NCBI RefSeq assembly: GCF_006345805.1
Contig: NC_043004.1
Coordinates: 41,230,001-41,294,000, forward strand
Reading direction: 5' to 3'
Origin: Octopus sinensis
Taxonomy: Eukaryota
DNA: 64,000 nucleotides
Both the position numbers and the translations under genes were made by a program. Below are positions 1 through 11,006 of this stretch, piece by piece; position 1 is the stretch's first letter; each line of letters opens with the position of its first letter. The notes under the pieces are model-generated. The model was not told the origin of the DNA and did not search any database. It was given only the letters and a program-made list of their open reading frames with translations.

Positions 1-395
1 TAACTTCTAGGTAACTAAAAAATTTTAAACTTCATATACTGGTAGAATGTGTTTATAAAACAGCTTTTTCTCTTGGCTTTACTGAGAAAATTCTATAGTT
101 TGTAAGATATGTTTTGTTTTTTTTCTTCAATTTCTGCAATTTCAACCAATCAATTACGTCTATTGAGTTAAAAAGCATTCTGTGCTGTATGAATATGTCC
201 CTAGATAAAGAAACAGATTGGGTTTATTTACATTTGTGAAGAAAAAAAAGATACCCTCCCCCCCACCCCTAACCCTAACTAACCCTAACCCTAAAACAGA
301 TTGAAATGCAATAGATCGATTCTAGGGTCATAATTATGGGTGACAATTTCATATGACACCGCTAGAAAAAACTGCCGTTCAAACCGAAAAGATCC
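1..395. mobile_element. Merlin-like non-autonomous DNA transposon (family D), left end outside window
   Basis: Ends in AAAAACTGCCGTTCAAACCGAAAAGATCC, the reverse complement of the family TIR GGATCTTTTCGGTTTGAACGGCAGTTTTT. Body is homologous to 12776-13190. Confidence 0.8.
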
Positions 396-496
396 AATTG
401 GATTGCTATTTGTAGCAAGTCAAGTGATCATGTAGGGATTCTTACAATGGGACTTGGTGTAATTGGTAAGGCAGTCACCTTGAAGTATGTTTGACC

Positions 497-965
497 CTTT
501 AGAATTCAAATTATTGTCAAATGTTATGTTTATATATTTACATTGTTTTAAATTAATCAAACATTATCTCCATAACTTGGAGATTTTGATGACATGACTG
601 TTTATTTTTAGAATGACATAGTAGGTAAAAGTAAAGTTACTTTCTCGATTCATACGAACTCATTAGGGCTGGTTTTCCAGTTTCATGGCGTATATATTCC
701 CCACCTGGATAGGATGCCAGTCCATCACAGGATTACTCCTTTTAGTTAGCTGAGTGGACGAGAGCAATGGGAAATGATGTGCTTTGCTCAAGAACACAAT
801 ACATCATCCAGTCCAGGAATTGAAATCACAATTTTAGGATCATGAGTCCAACATCCTATCCACTAAGCCGTATACTTCCCTGAAAGTGTGAGAGGCTGGA
901 TCTGGATAGTTTGAACATAAATCAGAATACATGGGCTGGATATGGTCAGTTTGAATGCAAAAAGG
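497..965. mobile_element. Decayed piggyBac-like MITE interrupted by a tRNA-derived SINE (about 655-880, minus strand)
   Basis: Flanks 497-650 and 880-965 match the intact MITEs at 22394-22612 and 52584-52803. The insert has an A/B-box-like head on the minus strand. Confidence 0.55.
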
Positions 966-1097
966 ATTAGCTACATGATGGATCTGGGGGGTAGACTTCT
1001 AGGGATCAACATCATTTTGATTTCACTAAGCTACAAGTTAGTTAAAGGAGATTTCTGTCTTACTATAGACATGTCATAACTAAAATCTTGCACAGTA

Positions 1098-1260
1098 GGA
1101 GTGGCCGTGTGGTAAGTAGCTTGCTTATGTACCACATGGTTCCGGGTTCAGTCCCACTGTGTGGCACCTTGGGCAAGTGTTTTCTACAATACCCTCGGGC
1201 CGACCAAATCCTTGTGAGTGGATTTGGTAGACGGCAACTGAGAAGCCCGTCGTATATTTG

Positions 1261-1299
<39 letters not shown>

Positions 1300-1503
1300 G
1301 TGTGTGTGTATGTGCTTGTTCCCCGAACATCACTTGACAACAGATGCTGGTGTGTTTACATCCTTGTAACTTAGCGGTTCGGCAAAAGAGACTGATAGAA
1401 TAAGTACTAGTCTTACAAAGAATAAGTCCTAGGGTCGATTTGCACGACTAAAAGGCGATGCTCCAGCATGGCCACAGTCAAATGACTGAAACAGGTAAAA
1501 GAG
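1098..1503 (+). mobile_element. SINE family A (tRNA-derived head, CORE-like block, internal (TA)n/(TG)n, GTAAAAGA tail)
   Basis: A-box-like TGGCCGTGTGG, B-box-like GGTTCAGTCCC, CACCTTGGGCAAGTG block, tail GCATGGCCACAGTCAAATGACTGAAAC. About 15 near-full copies in the window. Confidence 0.9.
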
Positions 1504-1504
1504 A

Positions 1505-1732
1505 GTATTTGGTTCAAATCATCAATATGAGACAGAAGAGAGAAACACTTCTCTGACATGTTCCCCTTTTCAATCTCAAATGGGTGATATGCTTTAAAAG
1601 CATATCGCTTTACACTGAAAATCTTAACAGTTAATTCATTCAAAATATCCCTTTTGATAAACTCCTTTAGAGTGAAATGTAATTGATATCTATGTTTATA
1701 TTCACACCAGCTCGTGTTAGCTTCTTTCTTAG
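1505..1732 (-). pseudogene. Coding-like segment (candidate exon or pseudo-exon), product unknown
   Basis: Acceptor-like ttactgctttag|CT then an open frame KKEANTSWCEYKHRYQLHFTLKEFIKRDILNELTVKIFSVKRYAFKAY...DDLNQI. A diverged second copy lies at 2815-3080. Confidence 0.35.
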
Positions 1733-2161
1733 CTAAAGCAGTAAGGAATTAATGCAATATATTAGAAGACTGCTCTGGGTAGGGATATAGAATGTACTTG
1801 GTATGATATATTACAGACTATAGTCAAATAATACACAAACACATTAGTAAAGTGCCCTGTATGTTTGGATGTGTGTGTGTTTGTGTGCGTGTGTACATAC
1901 ATACGTATATGTGTATGTGTATATATATATATATAAATAAATGAAAGAATGGAGTCGAACGAAGATGTTAACAAAATTCCTTTACTCTCAACACATTTCA
2001 TTTATTCATATACAACACACAAATTTCTACACATGAACTCGGAGTTTCTACCCTTGACAGGTCGCTTCAACCGTGTTTTCTGACGTGAATTTGCTACCCA
2101 GGTTTCGGTTAAACGAATTTTCCATGCTGACAATAAGCATAGAATAATTCATTCACCTACT

Positions 2162-2195
<34 letters not shown>

Positions 2196-2230
2196 ACTAA
2201 GGATAATGGCAACATAATCAATGGTATTAT

Positions 2231-2304
<74 letters not shown>

Positions 2305-2814
2305 TAGTTATTATGTGCTGAACTGTATCATTTTACACTTGAATATTATTCTATAAAATACATGATATCCGCCTAAATCACAGTAGTCATTATGTGCCAC
2401 TGAAAGTTTATACCCAAATGAATTCATAAATTCAACATGGAACAACAAGAATTTAGTTTCTTCTGTAAAATAATGTTAGGTTAGGTTAGAGCCCAAACTT
2501 AAAAGAAAACATGTGTTAACATGTTCCCTCAAATCACTTTTTTTTTTTGTCTTTTTATTCAAATTTAGATTTTGATCTGACATTCCTTCACAGATTACAG
2601 AAATAAAACAAAAACAAAAACAAAAAAAAGCCCAATTTGCTTACAGTGAAATTGTTTATAGGCAGAGCAAGGAAGTGAAGTGAAAATACGAGTACCCTGC
2701 AGCCCCATTAAACACCTGTACAAAGGGCTGTATTCAAATTTTTTTTTTTTCTCGTGTTTATTTATGAAAATTTATCAATGCTGCAATATGTCTGGGAGTT
2801 TGAAAAAACTTTAA

Positions 2815-3080
2815 TATCTTGCAGAGAATGTTTAAGTAAGTTCTTTATTTTAGAACTGTATACTGAATACCATTCCTTTTATATATGCACCAGTTAAAAC
2901 CAGAAAAGAGACACAGGCTCACAGATGTTGGCCTCTTTTCTCTTTTCTGTCTCAGATTTGTTCTTCCATTGCTTGGTATCACTTTACATTGAAAACCCTT
3001 ACAGTTAATTCTTTCAATATTTCTTTTAGTAAACCCCATTTTACAGTGAAATGGAATTGAGTGCCTGCATTTATACTTAG
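2815..3080 (-). pseudogene. Decayed duplicate of 1505-1732
   Basis: TQFHFTVKWGLLKEILKELTVRVFNVK* aligns to YQLHFTLKEFIKRDILNELTVKIFSVKR. Shows CGA>TGA, a 27-nt deletion and a 1-nt indel relative to the other copy. Confidence 0.4.
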
Positions 3081-3101
3081 CTGAAGCTGTATTAGGCTAA
3101 T

Positions 3102-3184
3102 ATATGTATGTATGTATGTATGTGTGTGTGTGTATGTATGTGTGTATGTATGTGTGTGTGTGTATGTGTGTATGTATGTATGCA

Positions 3185-3215
<31 letters not shown>

Positions 3216-3292
3216 GTGTGTGTATGTATGTATGTGTGCATGGGTGTATGTATGCATGTATGTATGTATATTTATATACATGCTTGCATGTA

Positions 3293-3328
<36 letters not shown>

Positions 3329-3368
3329 TGTATGCATGTATGTATGTGTGCATGTATGTATGTATGCA
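3102..3368. repeat. Compound (TATG)n/(TG)n microsatellite
   Basis: Direct reading; source of ORFs 3097-3419. Confidence 0.95.
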
Positions 3369-3693
3369 ATGATAGCTTTTAATATAGAATTCCCTACTGA
3401 GACGAAGGAGGGAGTTTGATGGTATTATTTGCAAGTTCAACATTTTAACCACTTAATTATCAACAGCAACAAGGATTTAAGAGGCCCCATCCTAATTCTT
3501 GTATATGAGTCAATAATGGCTCATTGGATAAAGTATTAATTTGGTGAATTTATATCCTACTACAGGTACTGTACACAAAAAAAGAATAAAAATAAAAAAA
3601 AAAACAGAACTTTGATCCAACAAAGGAGGAACCTCTACATGGTAGTTTAACTTACAAGAAATAGCAGGCAAATTTCTCTGAAATTATATTCGT

Positions 3694-4098
3694 GGCTGTG
3701 TGGTAAGTAGCTTGTTTACCAACCACATGGTTCCGGGTTCAGTCCCACTGCGTGGCACCTTGGGCAAGTGTCTTCTACTATAGCCTCGGGCTGACCAAAG
3801 CCTTGTGAGTGGATTTGGTAGACGGAAACTGAAAGAAGCCCGTCGTATATATGTATATATATATATATGCGTGTGTGTGTTTGTGTGTCTGTGTTTGTCC
3901 CCCTAGCATTGCTTGACAACCGATGCTGGTGTGTTTATGTCCCCGTTACTTAGCGGTTTGGCAAAAGAGACTGATAGAATAAGTACTGGGCTTACAAAAG
4001 AACAAGTACCGGGGTCGAGTTGCTCGATTAAAGGCGGTGCTCCAGCATGGCCGCAGTCAAATGACTGAAACAAGTAAAAGAGTAAAAGAGTAAAAGAG
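3694..4098 (+). mobile_element. SINE family A
   Basis: Full head-to-tail match to 1098-1503; tail (GTAAAAGA)n. Confidence 0.9.
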
Positions 4099-4497
4099 TA
4101 ACCATCTTAAAAAAGGAGGATATATGAAATAATGTAGTCCTTTATATACTCTTCCCCTTCCCCATCAAAAAGACAAAATGGCCAAGTTTGAGATTAAGGA
4201 TGTGGAGAAGGAAGAGAAGGCCAAGTAACAAATTCATTACATGTCATGATCTTAATTAAAGAAAGACTCGGCTTTCATGCACAAAATTAACAGAAGCTAA
4301 AGTGAAGAAATGGTTCTCCAAATCATTACATCATCATTTAATGTCCATTTTCCAAGCTGGCATGGGTTAGATGGTCTGACCAGAAGAGCTGGTAAGCTGG
4401 AGAGCTACCAGGCTCCAGTCACCTGTTGGGGCCTGGTTTCTATGCATTTCCATATGACTACTACTTTAAAGAGTGCATTGGGTGTCATTTACTTGTC

Positions 4498-4516
4498 AGA
4501 ATCAGAATCAGAATCA

Positions 4517-4552
<36 letters not shown>

Positions 4553-4822
4553 GAAGAAGAAGAAGAAGAAGAAGAAGGAGGAGGAGGAGGAGAATTAGAA
4601 GAAGAAGAAGAAGGAGAATTAGAAGAAGAAGAAGAAGAAGAAGGAGAATTAGAAGAAGAAGAAAAGAAGAAGGAGAATTGAAGAAGAAGAAAAGAAGAAA
4701 AGAAGAAGAAAAGAAGAAGAATTAGAAGAAGAAGAAGAAGAAGAAGAAGAAACATCCAGCCAAAATTCAAAATCATCATCATCACCATTATTATTATTAT
4801 TATTATTATTATTGTTGTTGTT
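4498..4822. repeat. Compound (AGAATC)n/(TAA)n/(AGA)n/(ATT)n microsatellite
   Basis: Direct reading; source of the poly-R/poly-S ORFs. Confidence 0.95.
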
Positions 4823-4831
4823 GTTATTATT

Positions 4832-5265
4832 AAGGCAGCGAGCTGGCAGGGTCGCTTATGTGCCAAACAAAATGCTTTATAGATATCTTCTAATTTTACA
4901 TTCTGTGTTCATTTTTGCCTTTTCATCTTTCTGGGGTCAATAAAATAAGTACCAGTTGAACACTGGGATGGATGTAATCTACTAGCCCTCTCCCCCAAAA
5001 TTTCAGGACTTGTGCCTATAATAGAAAGGTTTATTATTATTATTATTATCAGAAGGTGGTGAGCTGGCAAAATCGTTAGCACGCTGGATGAAATGCTTAG
5101 CGCTATTTCACCTGTTGCTATGCTCTGGGTTCAAATTCCGCCAAGGTTGACTTTATCTTTCATCCTTTCAGAGATGATAAAATAAGTACCAGTTGAACAC
5201 TGGGGTCAATGTAATTGACTCATCACCACCTCCCCCAAGCTGCCCTTGTGGCAAAAATTTGAAAT
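4832..5265 (+). mobile_element. Two tandem SINE family B copies
   Basis: Head AAGGYGGYGAGCTGGCAGAATCGTTAGC, B-box-like GAGTTCAAAT, central GCCTTTCATCCTTTCGGGGTCGATAAAATAAGTACCAG block. That block resembles conserved metazoan SINE central domains (Meta or Deu/Nin type, not resolved). More than 20 copies in the window. Confidence 0.8.
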
Positions 5266-5276
5266 TATTATTATTA

Positions 5277-5313
<37 letters not shown>

Positions 5314-5315
<2 letters not shown>

Positions 5316-5667
5316 GTTTGACTTTTGCTTTACATTTGTACAAGCTGGCTCCAAGTTTCACCCAGAGACCTCAAGAGACAACAGGTTGGAAGTTCATGTT
5401 GTTGTTATGCCTAGTGTGCCATATATTTGGTTTTGTATTTAGTGTTGTACTAGTGAATGTCTAAAAAAAAAAAAAACGAAAATTACATTTGTTTTAAACC
5501 TTGAGATACATAGAAAGTATTTTGCGTAGGATATGAGCATTTCCCATGAGCACTATCTTTTGAATTTCTGCCATTTTTGGGTTTCCTGGTATCTGAGTTA
5601 GGTAGCAATCAGCCCCTTTTGCTATCATTCCCAGGGCACCTATGATAACAGGTATTGTTTTAGTCTT
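5314..5667 (-). mobile_element. R4/Dong-like non-LTR retrotransposon 3' fragment (RLE clade)
   Basis: Translation KTIPVIIGALGMIAKGADCYLTQIPGNPKMAEIQKIVLMGNAHILRKILS is the typical C-terminus after an RLE domain. It is followed by a 3'UTR and a (TAA)n tail, with (TAA)n on both sides. Confidence 0.75.
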
Positions 5668-6087
5668 ATTATTATTATTATTATCATTATTATTATTATT
5701 ATGGTGGCTTAACATATTCATTAGCACAGTGGAAAAAAAGCAGTGCCCTATTTGTTTTGTGTTGTTTACATCCAGATTTCAAATCCTACCAAGGTGAACT
5801 TTGCCAACTTTGTCTCTCAGCCCTCTGGGTTTGATAAAATACAGTGCCAGTTAAGTACTAGAATCAATGGTATTAATTAAATCCCACACCTCAATGTTGC
5901 TGACCTTACATTTAAATCTAAAAGATAAGTATTATTATCATTAGTAGTAGTAGTAGTAGTAGTAGTAAGGTGGTGAGCTGGTAGAATCGTTAGCACACCT
6001 GGCAAAATGCTCAGTGGCATTTCATCCATCCTTGTCTTCTGAGTTCAAATTCCACTGAAGTTGACTTTACCTTTCAAAATTCAGAGT

Positions 6088-6283
6088 CACGCCAGTGCTT
6101 GTGCCACATAAGAAGCACTAAGTTCACTCTGCTGAGTGGTTGGTGTTAGGAAGGGCATCCAGCTGTAAAAATTCTGCCAAAACAGTCACAGAAGTCTGGT
6201 GCAGGCTTTGGCCAGGCTGGCTCGTGGTACCGTCCCACCTATGCTAGCATGGAACATGGACGTTAAATGAAGATGATGATGGA
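6088..6283 (+). mobile_element. SINE or LINE-derived family G with RTE-type (GAT)n tail
   Basis: GTTGGYGTTAGGAAGGGCATCCAGCTGT motif and CATGCTAGCATGGAA...GGACGTTAAAYGATGATG tail. Other copies near 4330-4470, 12600-12770, 15355-15540, 32340-32540, 32860-33000, 35690-35965 and 37160-37400. Confidence 0.65.
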
Positions 6284-6591
6284 GTACTTGGGTCAAATTA
6301 ACCGAATTAATCCCACTGCCCAAATTTCAGGCCTTGTACCTGTAGTAGAAAGGATTATTATTATTATTGGTAGAAGTAGTAGTGGTATGATATATCTCTA
6401 TTAAGAAGACTAGCCATTTATAAAACGATTATGCCAACAGGTGGTGATTGGCAACATTGCTAGAACATTTGACAGAATGCCTTGCAATATTCGCTCTGTC
6501 TTATCATGCTCTGAGTTCAAATCACACCATATTCACTTCTACTTTTTATTTTCTTCAGGGTCTTTAAAATAAAAAAAATGTAACCAATCCT

Positions 6592-7000
6592 AGGCACAGG
6601 AGTGGCTGTGTGGTAAGTAGCTTGCTAACCAACCACATGGTTCCGGGTTCAGTCCCACTGCGTGGCATCTTGGGCAAGTGTCTTCTGCTATAGCCCCAGG
6701 TCGACCAATGCCTTGTGAGTGGATTTGGTAGACGGAAACTGAAAGAAGCCTGTCGTATATATGTATATATATGTATGTGTGTGTTTGTGTGTCTGTGTTT
6801 GTCCCCCCCAACATCACTTGACAACTGATGCTGGTGTGTTTACGTCCCCATCATTTAGCGGTTCGGCAAAAGAGACTTTTAGAATAAGTACTGGGCTTAC
6901 AAAGAATAAGTCCCGGGGTCGATTTGCTCAACTAAAGGCGGTGCTCCAGCATGGCCGCAGTCAAATGACTGAAACAAGTAAAAGAGAGAGTAAAAGAGAG
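6592..7000 (+). mobile_element. SINE family A, young subfamily
   Basis: Shares diagnostic CATCTTGGGC, CAATGCC and GCTAACCAAC variants with 21745-22132 and 58022-58423. Confidence 0.9.
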
Positions 7001-8144
7001 AATCCTGGGCAATAGATTGGCGGAACTGGAAAAATGTCAGATTGAGTGCTTTGTAGTATATTTTATGGCTCTTTGCATTCTGAGCTCAAATCCCACTATA
7101 GTGGACTTCATTCATCGTTTGGTTTAACACTACTACCTGGTACTTCAGATACCCTTCATGGCATCAGCTCTGCTGCAAAGCATAGGAGCCAAGTCTCCAG
7201 TTTGAGGATACATCTCTCACATCAATCTCAGTGGCCCTGCAAGGGATCATGAGTACTGCTTTCTCATATGACTAGCAAATATGAAGGTGGCAGATTGGCA
7301 GAATTGTTAGCATGCCGGGCAAAATGCTTAGCAGCATTTCGTCCATCTTTACATTCTGAGTTCAAATTTTGCTGAGGTTGGCTTAACCTTTCAGGGTTGA
7401 TAAAATAAGTACCAGTTGAACACTGGGGTTGATGTAATTGACTTATCCCTCCCCACAAATTGCTGGCCTTTTGCCAAAATTTGAAGCCTATATGACAAGC
7501 TGATACAAAAATAACACAAAATTTGCAAAAAAAAAGATAAAAAAATAAATATAATAAAACAAAATACTATTCCACTTATCTAGCATAGAAAAAATATATT
7601 GAAGACAGTAAACAAACAAAAAAAAAACTTGTAAAATTATAATTCTACATACAAATAATAATTCTATAATTACATTCTGTACAAAATGTAATTTTCTAAA
7701 AACAATAATAATAAAAGAACAGGGAGCATTATTCGCTTCGTTATCATTAGACAATAGCAATTGTTTCTGTCAGCTATGGGAGACAGAACATGTAAGCATT
7801 CCCATTTTTTCATGTTATTCTAAGGAACCAAACTAAACACTCAGAGAAGTAAAAAAAAAACATGAAACAAACAGTGGAGGATTTGAAGATGGGTGGGGGG
7901 TCATAGAATTTTTTTCTCTCCCTCTAAAAGACATTTTCCTTTATTTGTTACAACAGAAGAAAAAAAATATTTCAGTGAAATTCTAAACCACTGGTCTAGA
8001 TTCCTTTGAAAGATAGTCAAAAAGAAATATGGTCTGCCTCACAAACCTAACACATTTTCTAAGTACCTCAGTACCAACCAGTCTTTCTTTGTCTGCTGAT
8101 AAAAGGAAACAGAATATGGTGAACTGTGCAAGGTTTGTTTTTCT

Positions 8145-8985
8145 TTCTCTAAATGGAAATTCACTAAAGGACAGAATACGAGAGTCAATAATACCATAAG
8201 AACATGAAGAAGAACAAATATAGATGAGTCGGCCACATCACATGAGTGAAGGACAACAGATGGACAGTCAGGATGATAGAAAGGACACTTAAACAATGGA
8301 CAAGAACAAGAGGCTGACCAAAGCCAAGATGGTGAGATGATCTCACCTGCTACCTGGGGCCTATATAGCCACACAGCTCCGTCACATGACTTTTAGAGGC
8401 CCTCTGCAACTTTTTGTTTCGAGGTCTCATCCCTTCAATCAAAATTCGTAATCTAAGCACGTTTTATTCATAATTATATTTTACTTTATTCTATCTGAAG
8501 TTCAATATTTAATGTTATCTTAAAGAACATCTTTAAAAGTACAAGTTAAATCTATTTAGGTCTATTACAAATTTCAATAAGTAAAACTTCTAGATATGAA
8601 TATAAGAGCACTTTTATAATCCAGGCAACTTTCAATGACAAACATAGCACACTTTTGGCTTCGTGAGATCATCGATCAGTTCAGAATTATCAAGCTGAGA
8701 GATAAGCTCATGTTCAATAGATATTATAAACTATCCACAAAGTCTGGTACACGTTCATGGTACAACGTAATATTTTTACAAGAACTTTTGAAAGTACAAT
8801 GTATTACTATTTTATTTCTTGAAATTTTCAGTTAACATAGTTTAATTCTTGTTCATGATCTTAACATGCGGCCCCTGTGATCGCAGGGGTTGCAGGGGCT
8901 TAGCGATAGCCCTGTGGCCACAACTGGTCAGAGACAAATGACAGTGAAAGAAGTCCAAGGAGGGATTCCTCCTTCAAGAGTGATG
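8145..8985 (+). mobile_element. Decayed RTE-clade LINE 3' end, split by a hAT insertion
   Basis: Frame (W)VGHIT(R)VKDNRWTVRMIERTLKQWTRTRG(R)PKPRW(R)DDL...PQLVRDK..KKSKEGFLLQE* continues across the insertion. Bracketed residues are TGA stops. Confidence 0.75.
8374..8914 (-). mobile_element. hAT deletion derivative with transposase C-terminal remnant
   Basis: Degenerate CAG...CTG TIRs; 8-bp TSD TAGCCACA/TGGCCACA; minus-strand remnant KILRCTM...RLCG*FIISIEHELISQLDNSELIDD, matching the end of the hAT dimerisation region. Confidence 0.8.
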
Positions 8986-9634
8986 AAACCCTGAGAAAAG
9001 GAAGTCTGTCTTGCCCTTGGGTGAATTTGGTTGTTTAAGTGCATATTTTAACATAGGTTAGTCTTGATCAAGCAGACCTATGATCAAATATATTCCAGTC
9101 ATGACCATCCCACCATTTTCCAACGCACAGTGTATCTGGAACCACATTCTCCAATGAATTACTTCTTTTCTAAAATGGTAAGAAGTTGAAGGAAGATTGG
9201 TTGCTATTTCTAGCAACTTGAGTAACCATACAAAGCTTTTCTTGTTGGTTTCTCTAGAAGAGAATATACTGTGTTTTCCAGCATACAAGTTGAAATTTTC
9301 AGACAAAAATTTTCAGATAAAAAATGACTTTAGAGGATCAAGAATTCCATTTGAAATGCAGCAGGAATTGGAAAGATAGTGCTGATGTTTGAATATATGC
9401 ACTACATGTTTACACTATATACTATTATGTTAACATGTATGTTGGAAAGTGACAGTTACCGAGGTGATGATGGTAGACCTTCCTTGAGTCTCCCTATATA
9501 AAGTAATCTTTCTTTAACAACGTTACATATTCATCAAGAGAGCCAATCATGATTGAGAGATACTGCTGATGTCAAAAATGTCAAGTAGATAGCTGTCAGA
9601 ACTGCATATCATATAATAAGTGTTTGAGTTAGTG

Positions 9635-10471
9635 CAGAGCTGGCCGGCCTGAGGCCCGTGGGCTGCATGCAGCCCACAGACAGTTATCATGCAGCCCACA
9701 GACAGTTATCATGCAGCCCACTTGATACTTTCTTGAAATGGGTTTATTTAAACAAACATTTTTTAAATTTTATCCAAAATTAAAGGTACTGCTGTTTTTA
9801 CAACAATAATATTTCATGCTGAATCAATGATCATTCATTCATTATTGTAATAATAGCAACGATCATTCATTCATTATTGTAATAGCAATGATCCTTCATT
9901 CATTATTGTAATAATAGCAATGATCATTCATTCATTATTGTAATAATAGCAATGATCATTCATTTATTATTGTAATAATAGCAATGATCATTCATTTATT
10001 ATTGTAATAATAGCAACGATCATTCATTCATTATTGTAATAATAGCAATGATCCTTCATTCATTATTGTAATAATAGCAATGATCATTCATTCATTATTG
10101 TAATAATAGCAATGATCATTCATTCATTATTGTAATAATAGCAATGATCATTCATTTATTATTGTAATAATAGCAACGATCATTCATTCATTATTGTAAT
10201 AATAGCAATGATCCTTCATTCATTATTGTAATAATAGCAATGATCATCCATTCATTATTGTAATAATAGCAATGATCATTCATTCATTATTGTAATAATA
10301 GCAATGATCATTCATTTATTATTGTAATAATAGCAATGATCATTCATTCATTATTGTAATAATAGCAGGAGAAAGCAAAATGCTTTCAATTTTGCCAGTA
10401 TACAAGTGGCCCTCTAAAAAACTTTCAGTGATTAAAGTGGCCCGCAATGCAATTCAAATTGGCCAGGCCTG
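9635..10471. mobile_element. hAT-type MITE carrying an internal minisatellite
   Basis: TIR CAGAGCTGGCC / GGCCAGGCCTG; perfect 8-bp TSD AGTTAGTG at 9627-9634 and 10472-10479. Confidence 0.85.
9827..10368. repeat. 32-bp minisatellite, about 17 units
   Basis: Unit AATGATCATTCATTCATTATTGTAATAATAGC with few variants and no unique spacers. Confidence 0.95.
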
Positions 10472-10570
10472 AGTTAGTGGCTTTGCAATATTCTTTTATT
10501 GTTTCATTTGTTCCAGTCATTTGACTGGGGCCATGCAGGAGCACTGCCTATTTATAAATATATTAAATTT

Positions 10571-11006
10571 ATAATTATTATTTGAGGGAATAAAATCCAA
10601 AACTTACAAGGAAAAAAAAACTCAATTTAGAAGTACTAAATCAAATTTCACACAATATAATATATATATAAAAAATTAGAAAAAAACCTACCTTTTATCA
10701 ATTCAAAATGAACAATTAAATTACACCATCTAGAAAATTACATATAATAGAAATATTAATATTAAAATATCAATAAAATGTCAAAGATTAAGTAAATTGT
10801 AAAAAAAAAAATAATAATAACTTATATAAATTATATACAATTTATTTAAGTTATTATTATTTATTTTTGCTATTTAAATAAACTTTGACATTTTATTGTT
10901 ATTTTAATGTTAATATTTCTATTATATGTAATTTACTGGATGGTGTAATTTAATTGTTCATTTTGAATTGATAAAAGGTGGTTTTTTTCTATTTTTTATA
11001 TATATT
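10571..11006. mobile_element. AT-rich fold-back repeat associated with (TA)n, class unresolved
   Basis: Unique head ATAATTATTATTTGAGGGAATAAAATCCAAA plus inverted arms of about 170 bp. Other copies at 35047-35262 and 49541-49965. Confidence 0.7.

Noticed and set aside
270-296. TAACCC/TTAGGG runs (also 13063, 40075, 42373, 63484)
   Set aside because: Only 2-4 units and internal to MITE-like repeats; not a telomere or fusion site.
7774-7791. Possible 18-nt microexon (tttctgtcag|CTATGGGAGACAGAACAT|gtaagc)
   Set aside because: The signals are good, but such matches arise by chance in 64 kb and no plus-strand partner exons were found nearby. It needs junction reads.
9827-10368. Regular 32-bp repeat array resembling CRISPR periodicity
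   Set aside because: Head-to-tail units without unique spacers, inside a MITE, in eukaryotic DNA with no cas genes.
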